Counted from the whole stretch's first letter, positions 1 through 12,059 are shown. The stretch: DNA of 56,389 nt, filler included, from Thelocarpon superellum (GCA_026025795.1; 2 parts of 2 records of this genome joined end to end with filler, not necessarily neighbours in it), one strand, 5' to 3'. Numbers and translations: made by a program. The notes: a model not told the origin generated them from the letters alone.

Positions 1-250
1 GCTAGATAGGATCCTACGTGGAGATGCTGGTTAGTCTAGACGGAAAGGAGAACGGAAGCGAATGGCGGTACCGGTTCAGATGCGCCGCGGTTGCGTCGGT
101 TTTCTGGAGATACAGCGGAAGCCAATGCGTGAGCTGCTCCACCTTGGGATGTGGTCGCGCTGCAGACGCCGCTGGTGCCGGTGCTGCTACGGGTGCTGGT
201 ACATCAGCCAGGACGGGCGCCGGTGCCGTCGTCACCTCTGCTTCCGCCAT
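1..250 (-). CDS. Probable peroxin PEX11 family (Pex11C-like) protein, 5' part only; runs off window start
   Basis: ATG at 250. Exon MAEAEV...LQKTDATAAHLN(R), then intron 71..14 (GTACCG...CTAAC...TAG), then ILSS. The TDATxxHLNRILSS pattern recalls the N-terminus of fungal Pex11C proteins; only ~64 aa are visible. Confidence 0.5.
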
Positions 251-958
251 CTGATAAGTCACAATGTTGGGAGATGGCTCCCGACGGAAGTCAAAGTGAT
301 GAACGGTGGTGAGCGGCGACGATGGGTATATCTCTGCGAGATGAAAGACTGGTCATCACCTGTTCGGCATCTCGGATGTTGATGCTCCTCCTATCTCCTC
401 CCCAGATCCAGTAGCCCATCTCCGCGCAGGAAGCCGAGGTCCTCTTAGATCACGTGGGAGCACACTATCTCGTCACGTGGTCGTCCCCCTTATGTCATCG
501 TCCTCATGGCGTCACCAGCAAAATACAAACGCTAGAACTGGACCCGCTTCGTTTAATCTCGCTAAGGCTGGCCAGCTTCGGTACATCTCGGCAACCATCG
601 CTTGAGCTCGCTCGCACTACGCCGAGAGGACTGGCACTCCTGGAGCGGGGAGCTCATCACGTGGTTTAGCGCGTTGATGCGGTGGCCCGCTGCCGCGTCC
701 GTTGGTTGAAGTGGGCAAAGAATAATCTCGTATCGTGGCATGCCCGTAATCTGTGATGCTCCCGTGCAGACCATCGCATCTGGATAGTGTCGTCCCAGGG
801 GCCCACCACCAACACAGCCTCCCACCACCCATCGCTTGCCATCAGTATGCGCGAATTTCCACGCCGAATATTCGCGCACCAGACACAAGCTGGGCCGTGT
901 CCCGCCCCCGGCTGCAGCACTCGTCTGACCCTGTCGACCATGTCGACCCTCATGCTGG

Positions 959-966
959 ATATAAAT
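959..966 (+). promoter_or_regulatory. Putative TATA box of the P-type ATPase gene
   Basis: ATATAAAT about 145 nt upstream of ATG 1109. Confidence 0.4.
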
Positions 967-1108
967 TGCCCCTGGAGTTCGTCGATGCAGAATGTGACCG
1001 CCCTTTGTTTCCGTTTTACACCGCCCCAGTTGTCCCAATTGCACCATTGCTCCCCCGCCGTCGTACTTGCTCCCACTCGTCCACGGCTTGCCCGCCCACT
1101 CATCCATT

Positions 1109-4100
1109 ATGGCTGACGAGAAATCGTCCGCCCCAGCCCCTCGCGTCCGCTGGAAGTCCAGGGATGAGGAGGTCGCCCAAGACGATCGCACTGCTCCATT
1201 GCGTTCTCAGTTCAATTCCTCTCAGATGTCCATTCAGAGCATTCACAGTCGGAGGAACTCCATCGATCCCTCCACTGCCCTGCCAATTCAATACCGGACC
1301 GTGTGCGTGAGCTCGTGCGATGAGGCCTGACGCCCGTCACTGATCAGCCACCAGCTCCTTCCAGCTTGACGACCCCGAGCAGGTCGAGGAGACGGCCGCC
1401 AAGAAGGCCAAGGTGTCCACGGTCAAAGGCAGAGTCTCCTCGTTGTCATGGTAATGGCACGTCGGCGGCTGCTGATCGAGATCTTCAGACTTGGCGGATC
1501 TCGATTGGCACATCGTCGCGCCAGAGGAGGTCTTCAAGCGCCTGTCCACCTCGCCGACCGAGGGACTCTCCGCCGATCAGGTCAAGCGTCGCCTTACCGA
1601 GTATGGCAAGAACATGCCCTCGCCGCCGCCCACCCATTATACCAAACAGATCTTGGGGTATTTCTTCAAGGGCTTTGGCTCCATCTTGCTGATCGGCGCT
1701 ATCCTCGTCTTCATCACTTGGAAGCCGCTCGGTGAGCCGCCATCCCAGGCGAACCTGGCCCTGGGCATCGTGTTGGTCGCCGTCTTCATCATCCAGGCTG
1801 CCTTCAACGCGTGGCAGGACTGGTCCTCGTCCCGGGTCATGGCGTCCATCACTAGCATGCTCCCCGATGATTGTCTCTTGCTCCGTGAGAGTGCCCAGAT
1901 CACCACCGCCGCGAGCGAGCTGGTGCCAGGCGATATCCTCTGTTTCAAGGCCGGGAACAAGCTGCCAGCCGATGTGCGCTTCGTCGAGCTGACGTCTGAT
2001 GCCAAGTTTGATCGTTCCATCCTGACGGGTATGCCCTGTCCAAATCCGGCGAAGGCAGACCTGACCATCCTCCCACATAGGCGAATCTCTCCCGCTGCCG
2101 GGTCGGGTGGAGTCGACCGATGACAACTATCTTGAGACCCGCTCCATTGGTCTTCAAGGCACTCACTGTATCTCAGGCAGCGGCGTCGGCGTTGTCGTCT
2201 CTACTGGCGACCGCACGGTCTTCGGTCGGATCGCCAAGTTGACCAACGAGCCCAAGACTGGGATGACCACGTTGGAGCGTGAGATTCTTCGATTCGTCAT
2301 CATCATCTCGTCCATCATGCTGTCCATGATCATCCTCGTCGTCATCGTCTGGTAGGCAAGACAGCACCCCTGGAGACGCAATGATACTGAGAAGCGTAGG
2401 GCCGCCTGGTTACGCGTCGATCATCCCGACTACATCAACGTCCCTACGTTGATCGTCGACTGCGTCAGCGTCGCCATCGCTTTCATCCCCGAGGGTCTTC
2501 CAATCGCCTTGACGGCCAGCCTGACCATTACCGCGAACTTGATGAAGAAGAACAAGGTGCTTTGTAAATCTCTCAAGACCGTCGAGACCCTAGGCGCCGT
2601 CTCCGTCATCTGTTCGGATAAGACGGGAACTCTGACCAAGGTACGCTCGACCGCGTTCGCGCATCAATGGGCAACATGGCTGACCGGAAGGGTAGAACAA
2701 AATGTACGTGACCGACTGCACCGTGGGTGCTCAGGAATCGACCCCACAAGCCGCACGCGACACCATCGTTGCCAACCAACAAAACGCGGGCGTCCGGTCC
2801 CACGCCGTCAACCAGCTTCGTACCATCGCTGGGCTATGCAATGCCGGCGAGTTTGATGCCGCGTCACGGGACGTGCCCCTCCACGAGCGGACCGTTCACG
2901 GCGATGCCACCGACCAAGCCATCCTGCGCTTTTCCGAAGGTTTGGGCCCAGTGGCAGAATTGCGACGCCTCTGGACCAAGACTTTTGAGCTGGCTTTCAA
3001 CAGCAAGAACAAGTTTATGGTCCGCACCTTCGCGCTGGCTGCCCCTGCTGGCCGAGACCTTGCCCTCTCCAGCTCGGAAGCTACTGCCATTGAGCCCGCG
3101 TCCACGTGAGCCGTCCACCTTCCTGTTGCTCTGACCGGACGAATGAACGAATGAACTAACACGCCCAGGCTCTTGACAATCAAAGGCGCGCCAGATATCT
3201 TGATCGGCCGGTGTACGCACTTTGTCGCCGAAACCGGCGAGACGTGTCTCTTGGATGATACTACGCGAAAGACACTGGACAATATCAAGAACCAATGGTC
3301 CGCTCAAGGAAAAAGGGTCATCCTGCTGGCCCGCAAGGTCATCATGAAGCAAGCACTCCGCGTGTCGCCTCAAGTGGATGAATTCGAGGGCGAGGTCATG
3401 GACCAGGTCCGGTCAGGCCTGACTTTGGTCGGCTTGGTGGGCATCGTCGATCCGCCGCGTGACGAGATCCCGGAGGTCGTCCGCATTCTGCGTCGTGCGG
3501 GCATTCGCATCTTCATGGTCGGTGCTCCTGGACTGTCATGTGCGCGGAAAGCAGCCTGACGACTTGACCAGGTCACGGGGGATTTCGCCCTCACGGCGCA
3601 GACAATCGCCATGCAATGTGGCATTGTCAGCAACCCATCAAGTCGCGTCGACAACATCAGTGCGCTCGAGCGAGACAAAATCGGCCAGGCGGACACCACC
3701 AACATCGCCGTGGCTGCAGACGCAGCGCCGCGCTCCATCGTGATCAATGGCGCCGACCTCATGGCACTCAACGAGCCGCAGTGGGAGCAGCTGGCGCGAT
3801 ACGAGGAGATCGTCTTCGCCCGCACGACGCCCGAGCAGAAGCTGCGAATCGTCCGGGAGTTCCAGGCGCGCAACGAAGTCGTGGGTATGACGGGCGACGG
3901 GGTCAACGACGCGCCCTCGCTCAAAGCGGCCGACATTGGCATTGCCCTCGGGAGCGGTTCTCAGATCGCCATCGAGGCGGCCGACATGGTCCTGCTCGAC
4001 TCTTTCTCCGCCGTGGTGGCGGCGGTGCAATACGGGCGTGTCGTCTTTGACAATCTCAAGAAGACCATCACGTACCTGCTGCCGGCGGGATCCTTCTCCG

Positions 4101-4848
4101 AGTTCTGGCCCGTCATGACGAGCGTGCTGTTCGGGTTGCCGCAGGTGCTGTCTTCCTTTTTAATGATCATCATCTGCTGCTTCACGGATATTGCCGCCGC
4201 CACCGTCATGGTCTACGAAGCGCCCGAGGCCGACGTGCTGCTGCGCAAGCCGCGCAATCTCAAGACGGACAAGCTCGTGGACTGGCAGCTGATCCTGCAG
4301 GCGTACGGCTTCATCGGCGTATTCGAGACGCTGTCGTCCTTTGCCATGTCGTACTGGTATCTGCAGCGGAGCGGCATCCCTTTTAGCGCGCTGTGGTTCC
4401 AGTTTGGCGCCACGCCATCCAACATCGATCCGGACTACTTCACCGCCCGCATCAACGAGGCGTCGTCCATCTACTTTGTCAATCTCGTGGTCATGTGCGT
4501 CCCCGTCGCTCCCGGCCCGGCCCACGTGCATGTACTGATGATTCTAGGCAATGGTTCACGCTCATGGCCATCCGCACCCGGCGCCTCAGCATCTTCCAGC
4601 ACCCGCCGGCCTTCAATAAGCAGACGCAGAACCTGTATCTGTTCCCCGCCATCGGCTTCGCGCTCTGCATGGCCATCTTCTGGCTCTATATCCCGGCGCT
4701 CCAGAATGTGCTGTCCACGTCGAACGTACCGGCAGAGCACTTCTTCCTGCCGGCAGCCTTGGGGCTCGGGGTGTTGCTCTTGGACGAAGCGCGCAAGTAC
4801 GCCGTCCGACGCTGGCCCCGTGGCCTGCTAGCCAAGTGCGCGTGGTGA
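1109..4848 (+). CDS. P-type cation ATPase of the Na,K/H,K-like group, most like fungal ACU K+/Na+ uptake ATPases; multi-exon
   Basis: Motifs LVPGD, DRSILTGES, FIPEGL, ICSDKTGTLT (phosphorylated Asp), KGAPD, DPPR, MVTGD, TGDGVNDAPSLKAADIGIA; C-terminal TM helices ending LLAKCAW*. Exons are joined by short introns. Confidence 0.93.
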
Positions 4849-5375
4849 GCGGGGAAGATGCTCTCCGCGCCGCCATCGACGCGGGCTCCCTCATCACCAC
4901 GAAGGAGAGAGGTCGGACGGTGGAAGCCTATCTGGTTGAGCTCGTTGAATCTTATGTATCAATGCAGCGCATGAACATTGCCGAGGCCGCGCTATAGGCG
5001 CGCCTTGACTGTCTGCTTCCGCTTCTGATAGTGCCTCGCTTGCCACTCACCAAGCGACGGATTCGTGAGTGCATAGCACGTCGTGTGGAAATGAGAGCGG
5101 TGTCTCTGAGAGGCGTCGAATCCGACGGAGAAGCGTCGCGCTTCCACCTCCTCGCTGGGATGGGGGAAGACACATACCCAAGTTGCGCTCGTCAATAGAT
5201 CCATATATGTCGCGTGCATAAGTCAGATGTCTGATGAGTCACTGAGCGTGTAGAAGGACGATGTAGAATGAAGCATGGGATAGCATTGATTCTGATTACG
5301 TCCTGACTATAGTACAAGAAGTGCCCTCTCTGGTCTGCCTCACGTCTGTCCATCGTAGCTAGGACAGCTCATTGT

Positions 5376-5586
5376 CTACTCTTCATGAGGAAAAGGTGAA
5401 GGCAAAGGCACAGACGAAGCCATAGCGAGGACCTCCTCCTCCTCCTCCTCCTCCTCCTCCTCCTCCTCCTCCTCCTTCACGTTCTCCTTCTCCTTTCCCT
5501 TCCCCTTCCACTTCGAGTATTTCTGCTTTTCAGACTCGGGCTCAGGCTGTACCATGAATGCCGCGGGGTCGAAATCGTCATTATCA

Positions 5587-5629
<43 letters not shown>

Positions 5630-7289
5630 GGCGCTCATCCCGGCGAGATTCCCCGTGCTTGTTCTTCCGCTCCTCCTCCTCACGCTCCTTCTCCCGCGCG
5701 AGGAAGTCATGCTCCTCGGCTTCGTCGAGGGTAGGCAAACGCCGATACGACGAGCGCGACGAGCGTGACGAGCGGACGTATTCCGCCTGGGGCTCATGGT
5801 CCGTAGAGCGCGACGCGTCGGACCAGGTGGGGCGCGAGGGCGGGCCGGTGGAGTAGACGGGATGGGAGCGCAGCGGCGAGAAGACAGGGGGCGGTCGGGC
5901 CGCTGGCGGTGCCGGTGCTCGGCTTGACGCGGAGCTGCTCCCGGTTGATGCAGCGCTTGCAGACGCAGAGGAGGGCGCAGCAGAGACGGAAGTGAAGGGA
6001 GACGTGGGAGCCAACGCGGCCGAGGCAGCCTTCGCGACGCCGCCCAACGCTCTTTCGATCCGCGCGAGCTGCTCATGCATCTTGGCCACGCGCTCTTCTG
6101 CGTGTGCGGGGTTCCAGGCGTCGTCGTCGTCCATCATGCCGTCGTCGAATGGATTCGTGTCGTCGCTGTCGTCCTCCGTCTCCGTGTCCTCATCGTCCAC
6201 GCTTTTCATCGCGGCATAGTCTTGGGGCGAGAACTGACCCGACGTCGACGGACGCGACGGCCGCAGCTTGAGATACCACTCCTTCGGAAGCGGCGTCATA
6301 CCACGAGCTTTTCTCCACGTCTTGAGCGAGCGACAGCGAGCTCTCCAATGGTCCTCCTCGGATATGAGCGAGGACATCGGCCATCGGTACCGCTCCGTAG
6401 GGCGTGGCGGGGGAGGCGGGCGCAATCCGAGGTTCCGCACGAGGTCGACGTGCGAGATGGGCAGGTCATTGCGGCGCGGTAGCGCGGGGAGGCTCTCCGG
6501 GGCGCAGTTGACGATGGCGTCCATGTTGACGTAGGATCGCTCGGCAAAGGCCCAGCGGCAGTCGTGGCACGTGCGCCAGTTGCACACGGGCGGATAGGCA
6601 TTCGTGCCGCCGAGGGGGGGCATGCGGTATCGCGCGAGGGCTTGCAGGCCGTCATCACGAGAGTCGGGTCGACGAGCTTCGTTGTCATGATCATGGTCGA
6701 CTGGCAGGGTGGAGGCAGTTGACGAGGTAGACGGCGGTGCAGGAAGGGTTGGGGGCGTCGTTGGTCTCCCGACATGGCGAATCCGTCGGCCGCCAAGGTC
6801 TCCGATGTACCGCGAAGGGAAGCCGAGGGAAATACTCTCCCGGATCTCAGCTAGGGCATGGTCGCGGCGGATGGTGAGGGTCTCGGCAATGGCTGTGCAC
6901 ACTTCTTCCTTCTGCTGCTCAAGCGTGTCGATCTCGTCCGGGGTGTAGTCGTCGTCACTGCGCGGGGCCTGGTGTCCGGCGGGGGCGCGAGCGAGTCCCT
7001 CTGCGGCGATGTCGTCGTCATCCTCGTGATTGCCCTTGTCCGAGAAGATGTCGAATTGGCTCGCACTGTTGATACTCTCGCGACTAGCCACGACGTCTCC
7101 GAAGCTTGCATGCGCGGTGGGGAAAGCGGGATGCCATACTGGGAGATCGGCAGGCTGCACGCAGCGGTACAGCCAGCGGAACGTGGGCTCCACCCCGCAT
7201 TCGTGGCACGGCCCGGGCGTGTAGTCGCGCACCACCCGCATATGCGTGCAGCTGGTCCGCTCCGACGACCCAGGGTAGGGATTGAACAT
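5376..7289 (-). CDS. Uncharacterised protein (~637 aa) with two Cys clusters and a low-complexity acidic/His-rich C-terminus
   Basis: Single long ORF with first ATG at 7289. N-terminal SCTH...CHEC...WLYRC, internal CNWRTCHDCR, (HE)n and poly-E tracts. Confidence 0.8.
5432..5476. repeat. (CCT)n microsatellite encoding poly-Glu
   Basis: About 15 perfect CCT units within the 5376-7289 ORF. Confidence 0.95.
5588..5629. repeat. (CGTGCT)n hexanucleotide repeat encoding His-Glu repeats
   Basis: About 7 tandem CGTGCT units; minus-strand translation gives an (HE)n run. Confidence 0.95.
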
Positions 7290-8477
7290 GATGGCCGGCG
7301 TGCGCCGCACTCAGGTCATCGGAGAGACGTGGAATGGGAGGGGATGGAAAAGGAAGATGGACAGGAGGAGTACTCCTCTACGTGGTAGATCACTTCATCA
7401 CGACAAGTGGGAATAAGTGGGAGAGGAGTTTTGAAAGAAAATGATTGATTTGTGTCGTGGACTTCGTGGATTAGTCGTCGCCGAGACATGACTGTCAGGG
7501 TCATCACGGCCTTCACAGCCTTCACAGCCTTCACAGCCATCATATCCTGAAACGCGCAGGGAGGAAATTCTCTGCACAAGAACAAGAGGTGTGAGAGATG
7601 TCATGTCACCTGCTATCTCCAGTATCTCATCTCGTGAAGTGAGGAACTCTTGCACAGAGAGATCAATGACATGAAACCATGCCCGCATACCATAGATATT
7701 CTCTTCGGGGGGATCCAGTCGCGACTGGTGGGTGCAGACAGTGGCAGGGTTAGCACTGGGAAGATGGTCCTGGTCACATGTCTTGCATGACCATACAAAG
7801 CCACAGCACATTGCCAACGAAATGCTCAGACCCGTCAAGGACATCATGGTGAGGTTGAGATGGCGTGGCCAGGTTGAACAATATCGTGATAGTGTCTTGG
7901 GTTCATCGAGTCTAAGAGGCCGAGTGTCACAGTACAGTGTAACCACTTCTACTAACATTACTACTGTAGGTATCAGAGCTGAATTGCTAATCCACGCGTA
8001 GTCGGGACAGTCATAGGAGTGAGCACGTGACCAGATCACGTGCGCGCTCCTACACTACTGGCAGTAGTTCGTGGGACGGTGGGCTTGCTACGGCAGACTA
8101 CAGAAGCCCCGTAGACGATCGTGGTGAGAGTACTCGGACTGTACTCGGACGTGCGGCGCCTCGGCTAATCCCTCACCACCAACCCCTGTAGGACAACAAA
8201 CACGACGGAAGCGTGAGGCGAGCGAGCAAGCGGCGTCAGGCGAAGCTACGAGTAACATACTCCTCTTCCTCGTACGCTCCTCCCGTCGAGTCCAACGCCT
8301 GAGAGCCCATCACACCGCGCTACCCGGCGCGTCGAGTACCGTCGCTCCCGCTCTGTCCATCAACCACCCATCCGACGACCGACATCCGCCTCCGTCATCC
8401 TTCGTCCATTGCTCGTGGACGGACCGGTTTCACTTCACCGCAGTCGCGCTCGCGCCCATCACTCAGAACCCGTCACC

Positions 8478-9558
8478 ATGTCCGTCAAGTTCGAGAAGGA
8501 GTCCTTCCGCGAGACCAACCTGCCGACGGGTGGTCCGGTTGGGCCAGGTGGGCCGGGTGGGCCGGGGGCGCCGCCCGCCTCCAACCGCGAAGTCCGACAT
8601 GAATTCGCGCACAAGATCGGCGAGCGACTGACGGGGGGGGAGTCGCAGACGGGATATCTGGCGGTATGAAGCAAGCCGAGCTGCGAGTGGAGCGGAGCGG
8701 CCGGACCGTACTGATGCGTGTGCATGCTCATCATCTAGGCCTACATCAAGCAGCTGGAGTCGAATCCGCTGCGGACCAAGATGTTGACGTCGGGCGGCTT
8801 GGCGGCGTTGCAGGAGGTTCTGGCCTCGTGGATCGCGCACGATCGCAATCGAAACGGACATTACTTTACGGCGCGTGTGCCCAAGATGGCCATCTACGGC
8901 GCCTTTGTCAGTGCACCGCTCGGGCACGTGCTGATTGGCATCCTGCAACGTCTCTTTGCCAAGCGGACCAGCCTGCGCGCCAAGATCCTGCAGATTCTCA
9001 TCAGCAACCTGGTGGTGGGTGGACCTGCCTCCCACGCGCACCACCGCCCGCCGCGCTGACAACCCGGCCAGATCGCTCCCATCCAAAACACCGTTTACCT
9101 GGCCTCGATGGCCGTCATCGCTGGCGCGCGCACCTTCCACCAGATCCGAGCGACGGTGCGAGCGGGCCTGTTCCCCGTCATGAAGGTCAGCTGGATCTCG
9201 TCGCCGCTGGCTCTGGCGTTCGCGCAGCAGTTCCTGCCGGAGCAGACGTGGGTGCCGTTCTTCAACTTGGTCGCCTTCGTCATCGGAACCTACATCAACG
9301 CCCACACCAAGAAGAAGCGCTTGGCGGCGCTCCGAAGGAAGGTGAGTGACGACGCCACCCCATGTCGTGTCATGCGAGTCTGCTGGAAAGGTCGAGGTAG
9401 TAGGGGAGATGGATGGGACTGACGACATACAAATCCAGCATTACCCCGAGAGCCGCGACGGACGAGACGGCCGCGATTATCGCGACACCCGTGACCCTCG
9501 TGACCCTCGCGACCCCCGCGACGGGCGAGGCAGCGAATATTCGAAGCGAGACTACTAG
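8478..9558 (+). CDS. wsc: PMP22/Mpv17 family peroxisomal membrane protein, most likely the Woronin sorting complex protein
   Basis: Spliced product MSVKFEKE...GYLAAYIKQLESNPLRTKMLTSG...VPKMAIYG...APIQNTVYL...TWVPFFNLVAFVIGTYINAHTKKKRL; 3 GT-AG introns; RDx-repeat tail. PMP22 family is clear; WSC orthology is from recalled similarity. Confidence 0.8.
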
Positions 9559-9974
9559 GGCGCGTGCATCGGAAGGTGGAGGAGGGAGAGGGAGGCGAAG
9601 AAGAAATCGTAAGGGAAAAGACTGGGAGGGAGAAGGGGAAGGGAAGGGAAGGGAAGGGAGGGATGTTAGCTTGACCGAGTGTCTGGAATCTCACCACCCT
9701 TTGCCACCATACCTACGAGTGAGTACCAGGTAGTTCTGCTCTTCATAATGGCAGCAATTGGTTACCATGCTCGTCCCGTATGGCACTCTAGCAGAAGTGC
9801 GCAAAGTCATTCGAAAATCTCTCCTACGTCTACTCTTCCTCTTACTCACTCCACGCCGCTTCGCTCACGGAAAGAAAAAAAGGGCAGACAGGAGGAAAGG
9901 GAACGAGAAACGGAGGAAGGGAGGCCTGTAGATCCTTGCGACACCGACATACACTGCAAACAACCGTACCCCGC

Positions 9975-11894
9975 TCAGATCGTCAGGTAATACGTGGCCT
10001 CGTTCGGATCTAGCACCTTCCAGACAAACGGCATGCCCTGGCTGAGGCCATCGGGACCAAAGGTACGAGCGCTGACGACCTTGGAGAAATCCTCCATGGC
10101 GGACTGGAACTTGCGGGCGGCGTCGGCGGTTTTGTCGTTCATGCGGCCCAGCATGGCCTCGTCGTCGAACATGTGCGTGAGGGTGCGGTTGGTGCCGAAC
10201 CACTTGGCCCGCCCGAAGCCGGCCATGAGCGTGATCTGCCCAATGCACTGTTCCAGTGGCGGCAGGTACGACACCACGTCCGTCACGCCCTTGGTCGTCG
10301 GCAGCTCCTTCCAGAAGGCGGCGGGGTGGAAGGGCAGCGAGGCGATGGAGCCGACGGGGTCGTTGGTGTTCTGCACTTGGTGCGACACGCCCACCAGGTA
10401 CGCGACAAAGGAGAGCAGGTCCACCAGCGTCGTCGCGTTCAGCGTGTCGGTCGTGGGAAAGTCGATGATCCCCGCCGGGCCGTCGGGCGCGGCTTCCTTG
10501 AGCCAGTTGACCAACTCTTGGTCCTTCGTGATGTCCGCCTGCGTGGGATAGTATGACTCGACGAAACTGTTGATGAAGATACGGATCTCGTCGGAGATGA
10601 CTCGCGCGTCCTCGTAAAAGGGGAAGTGCGCGAGCTCCGGCCCGTACGTGCAGTTGACCAGCCCGCGCGTCTGGACTTGCGTGTCGAGATAGTTGCCGCG
10701 TACCGCGCCGGCGCCGCCGTCCTTGTAGAAGACGCTGGCGTATGTCGCCACCACGCTGCCCGGGTGCGGGAAGAGCTGGTCCACGGCGCCACCGGGGTTC
10801 GTCAGGTTGTTGGCCGCCCCCTGGCGCATGGCAAAGGCTTGGAGGTTGACTGGGCGCACCCATGTTAGCCGTCACGGCCGATCCACCGACGCGTCTGGGT
10901 ACTTACGCCGCTTCAGGATCGCTAGGATGGGGTGTCGGTCGTCCAATGTCCGGATGGCCGACTCGTAGATGATCTCCGCCAGATCATGTGTGTTGACCAG
11001 GTGGTAGAATTGCGACCCCCACAGGTCGGCCACGTTGAACATCATCTTAGCCAGCAGCCAATCCTCGTACGTGTCCAAGGGCGAGTAGATGAGCTCGGTC
11101 GTGGTGTTGGTGCGGATGGCCAGCGGAAGGAAGGTGGAGTTGGGATGGATATAGAAATACGCGTCGCACGCAGCCGCGTAGCGATCGGGCAGCTTGGGCA
11201 GCTCATTCTGCGATTGCCAGTTGATGTAGAACAGACGGCCTTCCTGGTGGAGCGTGTCCATATCCTTGCCCGACAGCGCGGGGGCGATGGACTCATTGAT
11301 GGCAAAGGGCAAAGGCTCCGCCGGATTCAATCGCGCCAGAATGAACGGGCTCGTCGAGAGCCGCTCCATGGCGAAGAGCCGATCATCCGTGTAGTTGCTC
11401 AGCATCCCCGGATCGACGCCTTCCGGGAGTGACTCGTTCCACTGACCGATGTACAGGGCTTCGTAATCGGCCAAGGTTTTGAGGCCCCGCTGTGCAGCGG
11501 TTAGTGCACGGTCATGGCCTCATGGCGGTCCGAGACTGACCTGTGCGGCGGCCGTGGCCGCCAGCTTCGCATCCCTCAGCACCGCTTCCTGGAAGGGCTG
11601 AATGTCGGCGTAGAAATCCTTCACCTCTTGGTCGGCCATCGGCTTTCCCAGAGGACCAGTGGGGTAGTAGGCCACATCTCCCACCGGGGACTTCCCGTAG
11701 AGGAAATTTTGATACTTGTATTTCACGGCCAAGGAGCGAGTCGCCGAATGTTTTTCGTCACTGGGCAAGACGTATTTCTCGTGTGGTTGGGTAAAGGTCT
11801 TCCGCGTCTCGTAGATTTCCGAGTTCGTTAGCATCACCCCCGGGAGGGCGATGGCCTGAGCGGCGATGCCAAGGTACAAGAGTGCGCGGAGCAT
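9975..11894 (-). CDS. Secreted fungal lipoxygenase (manganese-LOX-like), 3 exons
   Basis: Signal peptide MLRALLYLGIAAQAIA; DDRLFAMERLS, WLLAKMMFN, metal-ligand motifs HLVNTH and HQVQN, C-terminal YYLTI with terminal Ile ligand; two GT-AG introns. Confidence 0.9.
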
Positions 11895-12053
11895 CTTTGC
11901 TCAGCGATTGCGCAAGCAGGAAATCCACAGAACAGAAGGGCAAGCAAAGGGAGGGCGAGTTTGAGCGCGAGTTCGAGGGCGAGTTCGGAGGCTCACAGAA
12001 GACCAGATTCGATCAACACGACAACGTGGGACCCCACGACCAATTCAACTCCC

Positions 12054-12059
12054 TTTATA
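12054..12059 (-). promoter_or_regulatory. Putative TATA box of the lipoxygenase gene
   Basis: TATAAA on the minus strand ~160 nt upstream of ATG 11894. Confidence 0.4.

Noticed and set aside
5231..5265. CTGATGAG-GTC...GAC resembling a hammerhead ribozyme core (similar CTGATGAG at ~19293 and ~44005)
   Set aside because: The required GAAA after stem II and the flanking stems I/III are absent
8463..9428. Long antisense ORFs such as 8463-9428, 26738-27856, 38236-38997 and 42489-43271
   Set aside because: Shadow ORFs opposite well-supported genes, expected from GC-rich codon bias; no motifs
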